Shown piece after piece: positions 1 through 9,172 of a DNA stretch of 64,000 nt (the first letter of the stretch is position 1; each line of letters opens with the position of its first letter). A program made the translations under genes and the position numbers. The notes below the pieces were generated by a model that saw nothing but the letters and a program-made list of their open reading frames with translations, was not told the origin of the DNA and searched no databases. The stretch is from Bacteroidales bacterium (GTDB lineage Bacteria > Bacteroidota > Bacteroidia > Bacteroidales > UBA1715), in assembly GCA_027858745.1 (NCBI GenBank), contig JAQICB010000077.1:6224-70223 (forward strand). The letters run 5' to 3'.

Positions 1-91
1 ATATTGATTAGTGTATAATGGAATATTTTTTATCATTAGGATAGATAAAAAAATGTCGAGATTAAGAATATGATATCTCCAAATTGAAGAT

Positions 92-616
92 TTAGAAAGA
101 AACACCAAAACTCACACTAATTTGTTCCGGCCATCCGATACCACTTCGAAAAACATATGGTCCGTTTGGTAAATGGAAGCGATATCCTATATATAATGAC
201 GGATACCACTCAAAATAATCAAGAGATGATTTAAAAACATCGTTGTTAAGATCCTTGTTTTTTTTGTGCATGTTATATATTCCGGAGCCACCAAGACATA
301 ATTCTAAATGATGCCAATTTTCTCCGTAAATATATACAAAATCTGTAAAATAATAATATCCATGATTTTCTGCGAGTAGAAAAACTAAACCACCTCCGCC
401 ACGTACATTCAATAAACCATTTCGAGTATAATAAACTTTTCGCTCATATGCTAAACCCGTAGTTGAGTAATATAAACCACTGGTAGAAAAATCTATTGTT
501 GTCCCAAGGCTTGCGTAAACATTATTTTGTCTAATTTTTACGTATTGAGAGTAAGCTTGTGTACTAAAAAAAAGTGAAACACAAGCTAAAAATGCTATTC
601 TTTGTAACATATTCAT
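92..616 (-). CDS. hypothetical secreted protein, small outer-membrane beta-barrel-like
   Basis: 174-aa ORF with an N-terminal signal peptide (MNMLQRIAFLACVSLFFSTQAYSQ). Gly/aromatic-rich alternating segments. C-terminus ...SVSFGVSF ends in Phe, as in OM barrels. Confidence 0.5.
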   Translation of the reverse strand: MNMLQRIAFLACVSLFFSTQAYSQYVKIRQNNVYASLGTTIDFSTSGLYYSTTGLAYERKVYYTRNGLLNVRGGGGLVFLLAENHGYYYFTDFVYIYGENWHHLELCLGGSGIYNMHKKNKDLNNDVFKSSLDYFEWYPSLYIGYRFHLPNGPYVFRSGIGWPEQISVSFGVSF

Positions 617-700
617 AATATCGTCTATTATCTATTAACTGTATGCAATATAAAAAAAATACGAATTGTTTTGTATATATGTTTCAAAAAAGATATTTCT

Positions 701-2491
701 TTATCTCCGTTTTCTTCTTTTTGCTGTTTGTTCATAAGGCTTATTCTTCTTTCTTTTTTGTTTCCAGAAGTCATCACCTTTAATAAAATCATTTTTACTA
801 CCTCTGTTAGCTTTACCTTGTGGTGATTGAGCCTTTTCAACACTAATAGGTGTGCCGTTGTGTTCAGCTTTAGCAAAAGAAGATGTGATTTTTGCAATAT
901 TATCTGATTCTACTTCAAAGAATGAAAATGATTTAAGAATATCAATTGCTCCATAATGAACGTCACGATCGTTTACGTGCTGATTTAATATTCGAAGTAA
1001 ACCTGACTTATCAATACCATTTTTCTTTCCAATATTTATAAAGAAACGAGTGTAATTATCATTTCTCATTGATTGTTTTGGTGCACGCTCGCCTCTTTCT
1101 CCACGGTCATGACCTCGACCTCGTTCTCCTTTTTTGCTGCGATCTCTATCATCAGAACGAGCATTGCCGGAAACATTAATGTCCGGAGCGTTTTCATAAT
1201 ACTCGAGTAATCGATTAAATTCAAAAGAAATAAATTTTTGTATTAATTCTTCTTTTGATAAATGCTCGAACGATTCAAGTAGCGTGTCATATAAATTACC
1301 GATTTTATCGATAGATACATCTGCATCATTTATTTTTGAAATTAAATTCATCAGTTGAACATGACAAATTTCTTTTCCGTGAGGAACTTGCTTGTGATCA
1401 AATGATTTTTGAAGATTTTTTTCTATTTGTCGTAGCTTTCCTTTTTCTCGAAGGTTGATAATCGCAATTGAAATACCTTCTTTTCCCGCACGTCCTGTAC
1501 GTCCACTTCTATGAGTGTAAGCTTCAACATCGTCCGGAAGAGAATAATTAATAACATGCGTTAAACTGTGCACATCTAATCCACGTGCTGCTACATCTGT
1601 AGCAACAAGCATATTGAGACTTTTTGCACGGAATTTTTTCATAACATAGTCTCGTTGTGCTTGCGATAAATCACCATGCAGGGTGTCTGCATTATAGCCA
1701 TCACCCATTAATTTTTCAGCAACATCTTTTGTTTCTTGTCGAGTACGACAGAATACAATACCATATATGTCAGGATAAAAATCAGCTATTCGTTTCAGAG
1801 CTATATATCTATCTTTTGAATGAACCATATATACATGATGTGACACAGTGTCTGCACCGGCATTTTTACTCCCGACAGTTATTTCTTCGGGTTTGTTCAT
1901 GTATTTGTTTGCAATTCTGCGGACATTACTTGGCATAGTTGCCGAAAATAGTAATGTTCGTTTGTTTTTTGGAGTTTGCTCAAGAATAAAGTCTATATCT
2001 TCTTGAAATCCCATATTAAGCATTTCATCAGACTCATCAAGCACTACATTTTCAACTTCTGACAAGTTGATTCTTTTTCGTTTAATAATATCAACTAACC
2101 GACCCGGTGTTGCTACGACAAAATGGACTCCCTTACGAAGTGCTTTAAGTTGAATATCTATACTGGCACCACCATATACTGCAACAGTTTTAATAGGCAA
2201 ATAAGCACAAAAGTGCTGTAAATCTTTTTCTATTTGTAAACACAGTTCTCGTGTTGGACAGATAATAAGAGTTTGTGGAACAGCATTTTCAATATCTGTT
2301 TGTGACATAAGTGGTAAGCCAAACGCTGCTGTTTTTCCGGTACCGGTTTGTGCGAGAGCAATTAAATCTTGTGTGTGTTCAAGAATAAAAGGGATTGTTT
2401 TTGACTGAACTTCTGTTGGGGTTTCAAAACCCATATCCTGAATAGCGTGAATAATTTCAGGATGTAATGCACTTTCTTCGAATGATTTCAT
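701..2491 (-). CDS. DEAD-box ATP-dependent RNA helicase with C-terminal DbpA-like RNA-binding domain and basic tail
   Basis: Q-motif region (TPTEVQ), motif I AQTGTGKT, motif II LDESDEML (a DESD variant of DEAD), motif III SAT, motif VI HRSGRTGRAG. The C-terminus has an RFFINIGKKNG... DbpA-like segment and an R/K-rich tail. Confidence 0.9.
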   Translation of the reverse strand: MKSFEESALHPEIIHAIQDMGFETPTEVQSKTIPFILEHTQDLIALAQTGTGKTAAFGLPLMSQTDIENAVPQTLIICPTRELCLQIEKDLQHFCAYLPIKTVAVYGGASIDIQLKALRKGVHFVVATPGRLVDIIKRKRINLSEVENVVLDESDEMLNMGFQEDIDFILEQTPKNKRTLLFSATMPSNVRRIANKYMNKPEEITVGSKNAGADTVSHHVYMVHSKDRYIALKRIADFYPDIYGIVFCRTRQETKDVAEKLMGDGYNADTLHGDLSQAQRDYVMKKFRAKSLNMLVATDVAARGLDVHSLTHVINYSLPDDVEAYTHRSGRTGRAGKEGISIAIINLREKGKLRQIEKNLQKSFDHKQVPHGKEICHVQLMNLISKINDADVSIDKIGNLYDTLLESFEHLSKEELIQKFISFEFNRLLEYYENAPDINVSGNARSDDRDRSKKGERGRGHDRGERGERAPKQSMRNDNYTRFFINIGKKNGIDKSGLLRILNQHVNDRDVHYGAIDILKSFSFFEVESDNIAKITSSFAKAEHNGTPISVEKAQSPQGKANRGSKNDFIKGDDFWKQKRKKNKPYEQTAKRRKRR

Positions 2492-2744
2492 AAATGTAAG
2501 TTAATTTTTTTCTATAGTTCCATGCTTGTTGCATGGTCATTTTTTTTTGTTTAGTAAGAATTTAATTATAATTTCTATAGAAAAACTGAGGCAAATATAC
2601 GTTCGTTTGTTGAATAAACAAGATAATTGTGAGAAAAGTAGCCGAGGTGTATTGTGTAATTGGTGTGGAAAAAGTACGTTTATGCTATATTCTTTTCAAA
2701 ATGCGATTTTTATAAAACCTTTGATAATCAATATTTTTGATATT

Positions 2745-2792
2745 CTAAGCTGTTTTTTTTGATGAGATATATTTTCAAAAAAAACAGCTTAG
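2745..2792 (-). terminator. intrinsic terminator, 18-bp perfect inverted repeat, downstream of flavodoxin
   Basis: CTAAGCTGTTTTTTTTGA (2745-2762) pairs perfectly with TCAAAAAAAACAGCTTAG (2775-2792). It lies 15 nt past the flavodoxin stop codon, and A8/T8 runs are built into the stem. Confidence 0.7.
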
Positions 2793-2806
2793 TTTTATCA
2801 CCTGTC

Positions 2807-3334
2807 TTATTTTTCGAGTACTGTTGTAATTGCATCAACCCATGCTGTAATGCGACTTTCTGTTTTTTCGTGCTCAGTATCGTTGTCGAGTGCTAAACCA
2901 CAAAATTGGTTCTTTCGAAGAGCTTTTGAGTCTTTAAAATCATAACCATAGGTGGATGTGTAGCCAATAATAGATATGTTTTTTCCTTGTAATATTTCTT
3001 CCATTATTCCCATATCATCGCAAAAATGTTCGGGATATAGTATTGAATTACCAAGACCAAAAATTGCAACTCGCTTGCCTGTAAAATCAAATTTATTAAT
3101 AATAACTTGAATTTGATTTACGTCAATATCTTGTCTGCCTGCATTCCACGAATCTTGTCCTAATGTTGCAATACCAAATATTACCAAGTCAAATTCTCTG
3201 AATGTAGATGATGTTACCATTGAACCGGGAAGGCTTTTTGCATCAAATTTTCGCGAAAATTGACTTTTTAATGAATCGGCAACTTGTTCTGTAAAACCGC
3301 CACGTGGACCGTATATAATAAGAATTTTTTTCAT
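2807..3334 (-). CDS. flavodoxin
   Basis: 175 aa. N-terminal MKKILIIYGPRGGFTEQVA phosphate-binding-loop-like start. Typical flavodoxin size and alternating beta/alpha pattern. Follows pgl by 22 nt on the same strand. Confidence 0.6.
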   Translation of the reverse strand: MKKILIIYGPRGGFTEQVADSLKSQFSRKFDAKSLPGSMVTSSTFREFDLVIFGIATLGQDSWNAGRQDIDVNQIQVIINKFDFTGKRVAIFGLGNSILYPEHFCDDMGIMEEILQGKNISIIGYTSTYGYDFKDSKALRKNQFCGLALDNDTEHEKTESRITAWVDAITTVLEK

Positions 3335-3356
3335 AGCTTTTTGTTTTTAAGGTCTG

Positions 3357-4058
3357 TTATTTAATATTTGTTAGTATTTCTATTTCTGAATATCTTGGTT
3401 CTATCCATTGAGCCGGATATTTCTTGTCTGTTTTATCTGTCGAAAACACCTGCTCAAAAATTTCTTTTTTCTGTTTTCCGAGAATGATAAAAATAACTCG
3501 TCTTGCATTATTAATAGTTGTGCTTGTAAGAGTAATTCTCTCTTGTTTTGTGTATGGATTGAATGATTCCTTACACAATTGAGATGTTTGGGTTAGTATA
3601 TCTTCTTGTCCCGGAAAAATTGAAGCAGTATGTCCGTCTTCACCAAGTCCCAGAAATACAAAGTCAAATTGCGGGATAGCATTTTTTTTCTGCAGTTGAT
3701 GTGTAAGTAACTCTTCGTAACGTTGTGCTTCTATGTGTGCTTTCTCTTCGCCTTTCATGCGAAAAATGTGTGATTCGGGAATTGAAAGAGCTGCGAAAAA
3801 TAATAACCGTGCTGTTCCGTAATTACTTTCAGAATCGCTTGGCGGAACCGCACGTTCGTCAACCCAATAAAAATAAATTGCATTCCACACATCTGCACGA
3901 TCGGAGTACTGTTTTACCCAATATTCAAATAGAGCATTCGGTGTGTTTCCACCTGATAATGCTATAGATATGAATCCCAGATTCTTAATTTCTGTTTCAA
4001 ATTGCGAAAAAATATAGTCGCCAATTTCCGGAATATGATTAAACGAGTGTATGTACAT
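3357..4058 (-). CDS. pgl: 6-phosphogluconolactonase
   Basis: Motifs LSGGNTP, WVDERAVP and LGLGEDGHTASIFP. 233 aa. Lies 2 nt after the zwf stop. Confidence 0.85.
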   Translation of the reverse strand: MYIHSFNHIPEIGDYIFSQFETEIKNLGFISIALSGGNTPNALFEYWVKQYSDRADVWNAIYFYWVDERAVPPSDSESNYGTARLLFFAALSIPESHIFRMKGEEKAHIEAQRYEELLTHQLQKKNAIPQFDFVFLGLGEDGHTASIFPGQEDILTQTSQLCKESFNPYTKQERITLTSTTINNARRVIFIILGKQKKEIFEQVFSTDKTDKKYPAQWIEPRYSEIEILTNIK

Positions 4059-4060
4059 AA

Positions 4061-5599
4061 TTATAGTTCACAATATGTTTGGGAGTCTGTACTATTTTTA
4101 CAAGCTTGTCTCCATTTTCCGTATAATTTTTTGAGTTCATCAGCCTTTTCCGGTCCCCATGTTCCTGCAGGATAACCGTAGAGAGGAAAAGATGTGTTGT
4201 GTTCCCATTCATCTAAAATTGGTTGCACAAATTTCCATGCTAAATCAACCGCATCAGCTCGTGTAAAGAGTGACGCATCTCCATTCATACAATCAAACAA
4301 TAAGCGTTCGTATGCTGATGGAATATTTGTTTCAGAATGATTTGCATATTTATCAGCATATTTAAAATTCATATGTGTTGGGTCTACATCAAAGCCAAGT
4401 CCGGGAATTTTCATACCAAAACGTAATTGAATTCCTTCGTCCGGCTGAATCCGTATTATAAGTTGATTTTTGAATTGTTGTCCACTCGCATTTTTTACAA
4501 ATGCGGGGTGGGGAACATGTTTGAAGGTAATCACAATTTCACTCACTCGTGATGGTAAATGTTTTCCTGTGCGAATGAAAAATGGAACTCCGCCCCATCG
4601 CCAGTTATCTATAAAAAATTTAAGAGCAATAAATGTTTCTGTTTTTGAGTCTTGTGCAACATTTTTTTCCTGTGTATATGCTTTCTGTTCTTCTCCGTCA
4701 ATAGTAGATTCGGTATACTGACCACGAACAATTTGTCTTTCAATAGGTTCCATTGTGAGCGGACGAAGCGATTCGAACACTTTTAATATTTCATTACGAA
4801 TAGCATGTGCGTTAAAATTGGTTGGTGATTCCATAGCTATAAGTGCAACAAGTTGAAGCATATGGTTTTGTACCATATCACGTAATGCACCCGCCGAATC
4901 GTAATATCCACCACGACTTCCAACACCTTCTTGTTCTGATGCTGTTATTTCAATATGATGAATATAATTTCTATTCCACAGTGGTTCAAATATTGAATTG
5001 TAAAATCGGGTAATCAATATGTTTTGAGCGGTCTCTTTTCCTAAATAATGATCAATTCGATATATTTGTTCTTCTTCGAAATAGCTTTGCAAATGACTGT
5101 TTAAATCTTGGGCAGAAGTTGTATCTGTTCCAAAAGGTTTTTCTATAATAATGCGTTTCCATCCGGGAAATTCGGAGCTCGAACGTGATAGTTTGCACGT
5201 TCCCAAATTTTTTGAAATAGGTTTATATAATGAGGGAGGGGTAGATAAGTAATATATAATATTTCCCTCAGTTTTATAATCGGAGTCGAGTTTTGTGATT
5301 TTGTCTATGAAAGCTTGTGTTTGATCTTCTTCTTGAAAAGCAGACACAACATAATGGCATGATTGCAGAAAATCTGCACTTTCATTTTCTGAAACAACAC
5401 TGTGTTTTTTTAAGCCTTCAGCTAAGTGAGTTCTATATGTTTCGTCTGAATATTCTGAACGTCCTACACCCACAACAGCAAAATGCTGAGGAAGTAATTT
5501 TTTTAAAAACAAGTCATATAAGGCCGGAATCAGTTTGCGTTTTGTAAGATCGCCTGAACCGCCAAAAATGACTAATATATGATTATCAAGAGCATTCAT
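4061..5599 (-). CDS. zwf: glucose-6-phosphate 1-dehydrogenase
   Basis: Motifs VIFGGSGDLTKRKL (NADP site), IIEKPFG and RIDHYLGKE. The track ORF extends to 5632, but the ATG at 5599 (MNALDNHILVIFGG...) avoids a 29-nt overlap with gnd. Confidence 0.9.
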   Translation of the reverse strand: MNALDNHILVIFGGSGDLTKRKLIPALYDLFLKKLLPQHFAVVGVGRSEYSDETYRTHLAEGLKKHSVVSENESADFLQSCHYVVSAFQEEDQTQAFIDKITKLDSDYKTEGNIIYYLSTPPSLYKPISKNLGTCKLSRSSSEFPGWKRIIIEKPFGTDTTSAQDLNSHLQSYFEEEQIYRIDHYLGKETAQNILITRFYNSIFEPLWNRNYIHHIEITASEQEGVGSRGGYYDSAGALRDMVQNHMLQLVALIAMESPTNFNAHAIRNEILKVFESLRPLTMEPIERQIVRGQYTESTIDGEEQKAYTQEKNVAQDSKTETFIALKFFIDNWRWGGVPFFIRTGKHLPSRVSEIVITFKHVPHPAFVKNASGQQFKNQLIIRIQPDEGIQLRFGMKIPGLGFDVDPTHMNFKYADKYANHSETNIPSAYERLLFDCMNGDASLFTRADAVDLAWKFVQPILDEWEHNTSFPLYGYPAGTWGPEKADELKKLYGKWRQACKNSTDSQTYCEL

Positions 5600-5603
5600 C
5601 TGT

Positions 5604-6500
5604 TTATTTTTCTTTGACATCGTGCCCACCAAATTGATTTCTCATAGCAGCCAGCATTTTCATAGCAAATGAATCTGTTTGTCGCGATTCGAAACGGGTA
5701 AATAATGAAGCTGCGGTAACGTGTAATGGGACTTCGAAATCCATTCCGGATTCAATCATCCATCGTGCTTCACCATTATCATTTACGTAGCCTTTAATTT
5801 TTTCAAGTTTTGTGTCTTCTTGTAATGCGTTATGAGTTAAATCGAGTAACCATGAACGAACCACACTTCCATGTTGCCACACGTGAGCTACATCAGTAAG
5901 ATTGGTATCAAAAGAAGATTTTTCGATTAGTTCAAATCCTTCGGCTAATGCTTGCATCATACCGTACTCTATACCATTGTGAACCATTTTTATAAAATGT
6001 CCGGAACCCGATTTACCACAATATAAACTACCGTTTTCGGTAGCTAAATCTTTATATAAACTTTCGGTGTATTCGCATGCGTTTTTGTCGCCACCGTACA
6101 TTAAGCAATATCCGTTTTGCAATCCCCATACACCACCACTTGTTCCACAATCTATAAAGTCAATGCCATATTCTTTCATTGTGGTAGAACGTCTTTTTGT
6201 ATCTTTCCAAAACGAATTTCCTCCATCAATAATAATATCTCCGGGGAGTAATTTTTTAGATAACATTTCGAGTGTGTTGTCAACCGTTTTTCCGGCAGGT
6301 ATCATGAGCCAAATCACCTTTTTTTTTGGTAATTTTTCGCATAATTCTTCAATATTTTTAGATGGTATGGCGCCATATTCTTTCACTTCATCCATTGCCT
6401 CAACGGAAAAATCAAACACCACTATTTCGTGATTGTTTTGCAAGAGGCGTTTTACCATATTTCCGCCCATTTTACCTAATCCTATAAAACCAATTTTCAT
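5604..6500 (-). CDS. gnd: 6-phosphogluconate dehydrogenase, short (about 300 aa) decarboxylating type
   Basis: N-terminal MKIGFIGLGKMGGNMVKRL Rossmann motif and GHFIKMVHNGIEYGMMQ. Sits in a gnd-zwf-pgl arrangement. Confidence 0.85.
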   Translation of the reverse strand: MKIGFIGLGKMGGNMVKRLLQNNHEIVVFDFSVEAMDEVKEYGAIPSKNIEELCEKLPKKKVIWLMIPAGKTVDNTLEMLSKKLLPGDIIIDGGNSFWKDTKRRSTTMKEYGIDFIDCGTSGGVWGLQNGYCLMYGGDKNACEYTESLYKDLATENGSLYCGKSGSGHFIKMVHNGIEYGMMQALAEGFELIEKSSFDTNLTDVAHVWQHGSVVRSWLLDLTHNALQEDTKLEKIKGYVNDNGEARWMIESGMDFEVPLHVTAASLFTRFESRQTDSFAMKMLAAMRNQFGGHDVKEK

Positions 6501-6517
6501 CCGTCTATTTTATTATC

Positions 6518-6565
6518 TAAAAAATACAACGTCTTCTCCATTATAAATAGGAGCAAGTCGTTGTA
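6518..6565 (-). terminator. intrinsic terminator after desulfoferrodoxin, lying in the 5' leader of gnd
   Basis: On the minus strand: TACAACGACTTGCTCC - 10-nt loop - GGAGAAGACGTTGTA (14 bp with one mismatch and one bulge), followed by TTTTTT. It starts 18 nt after the dfx stop, and its U-tract ends about 17 nt before the gnd ATG. Confidence 0.6.
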
Positions 6566-6582
6566 GTGCATAATATGAAAAA

Positions 6583-6960
6583 TTATTTACTTTTCCAATG
6601 TCCGTGAACATTGCAGTATTCTCGAGCATACACCTCTGTTTCTTTAGTATAAAAAATTGCTTCAGGAGCTTGTCCCGGAGCAAGATGCCGGCGCTGAATT
6701 TTATTTTCTGAAACTAGTTCAATCCACTCGATATAATGCTCTTTTTCCATTGGATGAGCAACATCGCCAACAGTTACTTTGTAACCGCCTTCAATTTTTG
6801 TGATAACAGGAACATGTTTTTCTGTTGCTGCATCTACTGAGTTTTCTTCTAATAATTGCATTGGTTTGCCACAGCAAACTAATTCACCAACACTTGCATG
6901 AACAACTTCAACAATGTTCCCACATACGTTGCATTTGTAGACTTCTTGTAATTTTCTCAT
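6583..6960 (-). CDS. dfx: desulfoferrodoxin (2Fe superoxide reductase)
   Basis: N-terminal desulforedoxin-like CNVCGN...VCCGKPM. Centre II ligand regions [20 protein letters not shown] and CNVHGHW. ATG at 6960 ([10 protein letters not shown]...) is preferred over the 6987 extension. Confidence 0.9.
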   Translation of the reverse strand: MRKLQEVYKCNVCGNIVEVVHASVGELVCCGKPMQLLEENSVDAATEKHVPVITKIEGGYKVTVGDVAHPMEKEHYIEWIELVSENKIQRRHLAPGQAPEAIFYTKETEVYAREYCNVHGHWKSK

Positions 6961-6973
6961 AGTTTGTAAATTT

Positions 6974-8140
6974 TTAAGATAATACATTTATTGTTTGAGC
7001 TTTTATTGATTCGAGGTCTTCTTCAGTCGGACGGTATTGTTGGTTAAGCGATAATACTACATCAAAATTACTATCCTTAAAGTATTGTTCAATATGGGGT
7101 ACGCTTTTCGCATTCCAACCGTACGAACCAAACGCTATTGCTTTCCGTCCGTCTTTTGGTGCTAGACCACGCATGTATGTTAAAAATTTGGCAACATTTG
7201 CCATCATTTCAGAATTCAGAGTAGGAGAGCCTACACAAATATATTCAGCATCAATTATTTCAGTCATCACATCCGATTCGTGATTTACTTGAAGATCCAT
7301 AATTTTAATGTCGTAGCCTTTTTCATCAAAAGCTTCATAAATTGTACGAGCCATTTTTTCGGTTGTTTTCCACATGGTATCGTAGGCTATTACTACTTTC
7401 TTTTGAGTGACATTATGAGCCCATTCTTTGTATAATTCGATTATTTCGGGAATGTATGAACGCCAAATGACACCATGACTTGTACAAATCATGGAAATAT
7501 CAAATTCTGATACGGCTTCTAATTCTTTTTTAACTTGTCCCGAATAGGGAAGTACAATATTGGCATAATATTTTTTTGCTTCAAATAGTGCGAAATCTTT
7601 TACAACCTCATCGTCAAATCGTTGCGGTGTTGCATAATGTTGTCCGAACGAATCGTTCGAAAATAAAATTTTCTCTTCCGGTATATAAAATACCATGTTG
7701 TCAGGCCAATGAACCATTGGTGTTAATACAAACTGACAGCTTCGTTTACCAATAGAGTATGTATCACCCGATTTTACGATGTGATAATTCCAATTGTTAT
7801 TATAATGCATATTGAGTCCTTTTTCTCCAGTTGGACCGGTTACTACCGTTGCATTAGGACAGTGTTTTAAGACTGCTGGCATACTACCTGAATGATCCGG
7901 CTCGACATGATTACAAATAATGACATCAATTTTTGAAGGATCAATAATGTCTGATATACGCGACATCATTTCATCGGTGTGAGTATCTTTAACTGTATCA
8001 ATGAGAGTTATTTTTTCATCAATAATTAAATATGCATTATAGGTTGTGCCTTTCTGAGTAAGATATCCGTGAAAATTTCTTATTTGCGAATCAATCGCAC
8101 CAACCCAATATATATCTGGGGCAATTTCTTTAGCTTTCAT
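6974..8140 (-). CDS. flavodiiron protein (rubredoxin:oxygen oxidoreductase / FprA type)
   Basis: Metallo-beta-lactamase-like di-iron motif NHVEPDHSG plus a C-terminal flavodoxin-like domain ([16 protein letters not shown]...). Start [14 protein letters not shown] at 8140. Confidence 0.88.
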   Translation of the reverse strand: MKAKEIAPDIYWVGAIDSQIRNFHGYLTQKGTTYNAYLIIDEKITLIDTVKDTHTDEMMSRISDIIDPSKIDVIICNHVEPDHSGSMPAVLKHCPNATVVTGPTGEKGLNMHYNNNWNYHIVKSGDTYSIGKRSCQFVLTPMVHWPDNMVFYIPEEKILFSNDSFGQHYATPQRFDDEVVKDFALFEAKKYYANIVLPYSGQVKKELEAVSEFDISMICTSHGVIWRSYIPEIIELYKEWAHNVTQKKVVIAYDTMWKTTEKMARTIYEAFDEKGYDIKIMDLQVNHESDVMTEIIDAEYICVGSPTLNSEMMANVAKFLTYMRGLAPKDGRKAIAFGSYGWNAKSVPHIEQYFKDSNFDVVLSLNQQYRPTEEDLESIKAQTINVLS

Positions 8141-8160
8141 GCTTAATTGTACTTTAATAA

Positions 8161-8191
8161 ACAAGAACTAACATTAATGGTTAGTTCTTGT
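8161..8191 (-). promoter_or_regulatory. 12-bp perfect stem-loop between the rubredoxin and flavodiiron genes
   Basis: ACAAGAACTAAC (8161-8172), 7-nt loop, GTTAGTTCTTGT (8180-8191). It lies 20 nt after the rubredoxin stop and 21 nt before the FDP start. Only a weak U-tract follows on the minus strand. Confidence 0.5.
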
Positions 8192-8210
8192 TTAAATTTG
8201 TTGTGTATTT

Positions 8211-8375
8211 TTATTCTTCTAAAACAGAAAATTCTTCTTTTCCAACTCCACAAACCGGGCAAACCCAATCATCAGGAATATCTTCGAACGCAGTTCCCGG
8301 ATCTATACCACCATCTGGATCGCCATCTGTTGGATCATAAATATAACCACATGGTTCACATACATACTTTTTCAT
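8211..8375 (-). CDS. rub: rubredoxin (54 aa), not in the supplied ORF track
   Basis: My own translation of the minus strand gives [54 protein letters not shown]. It has two CxxCG knuckles (CEPCG, CPVCG) and the conserved YIYDP and DDW segments. Confidence 0.92.
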   Translation of the reverse strand: MKKYVCEPCGYIYDPTDGDPDGGIDPGTAFEDIPDDWVCPVCGVGKEEFSVLEE

Positions 8376-8413
8376 AGTTAAATAATTTTAAATTTATAAA
8401 ATAGATTTATTAA

Positions 8414-8929
8414 TTATGCTTCATTGCCAGTTGTAGTAGAAGCTTGAATACGTTGTCCGAGTTCTTTGTCTATCATATAGATACCGGCACCTTTTTCTCC
8501 TGCTAATGAAATTTCATCAAGAATTTCTGATGCGGTTGCTTCTTCCTCAACTTGTTCGTCAATAAACCATTGTAAAAACGAAGTAGAAGCATGATCTTTG
8601 TGTTCAAGTGCTAAATCATAAATATTGTTTATGAGTTTTGTCACTTTTTGCTCGTGTGCCAATACTTTTTCAAATACTTCTTTAATTCCCGACCATTCAG
8701 CATCGGGTTTATCAATTTGTAATATCTCCGGTTGTGAGTTTCTGTCTTCGAGAAAGGCAATAAATTTCATTGCATGAGTATGTTCCTCAAGAGCTTGTTG
8801 CTTTAACCAGTGAGACATACCTTTGTAACCGCGAGCATTTGCCCAAGATGACATTGATAAATAAAGATTTGAAGAGTAAATTTCTGCTTGAATTTGATTA
8901 TTAATAGCAGTTATAATTTCTGTATTCAT
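8414..8929 (-). CDS. ftnA: non-haem ferritin
   Basis: 171 aa. Ferroxidase-centre residues sit in ...AEIYSSNLYLSMSSW... and ALEEHTHAMKF. Typical ferritin length. Confidence 0.88.
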   Translation of the reverse strand: MNTEIITAINNQIQAEIYSSNLYLSMSSWANARGYKGMSHWLKQQALEEHTHAMKFIAFLEDRNSQPEILQIDKPDAEWSGIKEVFEKVLAHEQKVTKLINNIYDLALEHKDHASTSFLQWFIDEQVEEEATASEILDEISLAGEKGAGIYMIDKELGQRIQASTTTGNEA

Positions 8930-8952
8930 GTTTATTTGTTTTATGTTTTTAT

Positions 8953-8960
8953 CAAAAATA
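8953..8960 (-). promoter_or_regulatory. candidate Bacteroidota -7 box (TATTTTTG on minus strand) for the ferritin operon
   Basis: CAAAAATA on the plus strand is TAnnTTTG on the minus strand. It lies 23 nt upstream of the ferritin ATG. Confidence 0.4.
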
Positions 8961-9172
8961 GGTAAAATTTAGTAATTATGTCTCCTTTGCCATGAGTATC
9001 CTTACATGTTTTTTTATGAAATATAACAGTTAAGGCGTGCTATTTATTTTTAATAAGCTGATTTAGACCTGATTTTTGCTGTTTGAATTATATTTCACAG
9101 TATAAGATTTTTGTTTTGTTTTTTGAACATAAAACTTCAATCTTTTTTCTATTTTTGAAAAAAAATAATTCT

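Noticed and set aside
8147-8377. 76-aa plus-strand ORF from the track.
   Set aside because: It has a TTG start and a low-complexity Leu/His/Lys-rich product. The opposite strand encodes a canonical rubredoxin over the same bases, so this ORF is a shadow frame.
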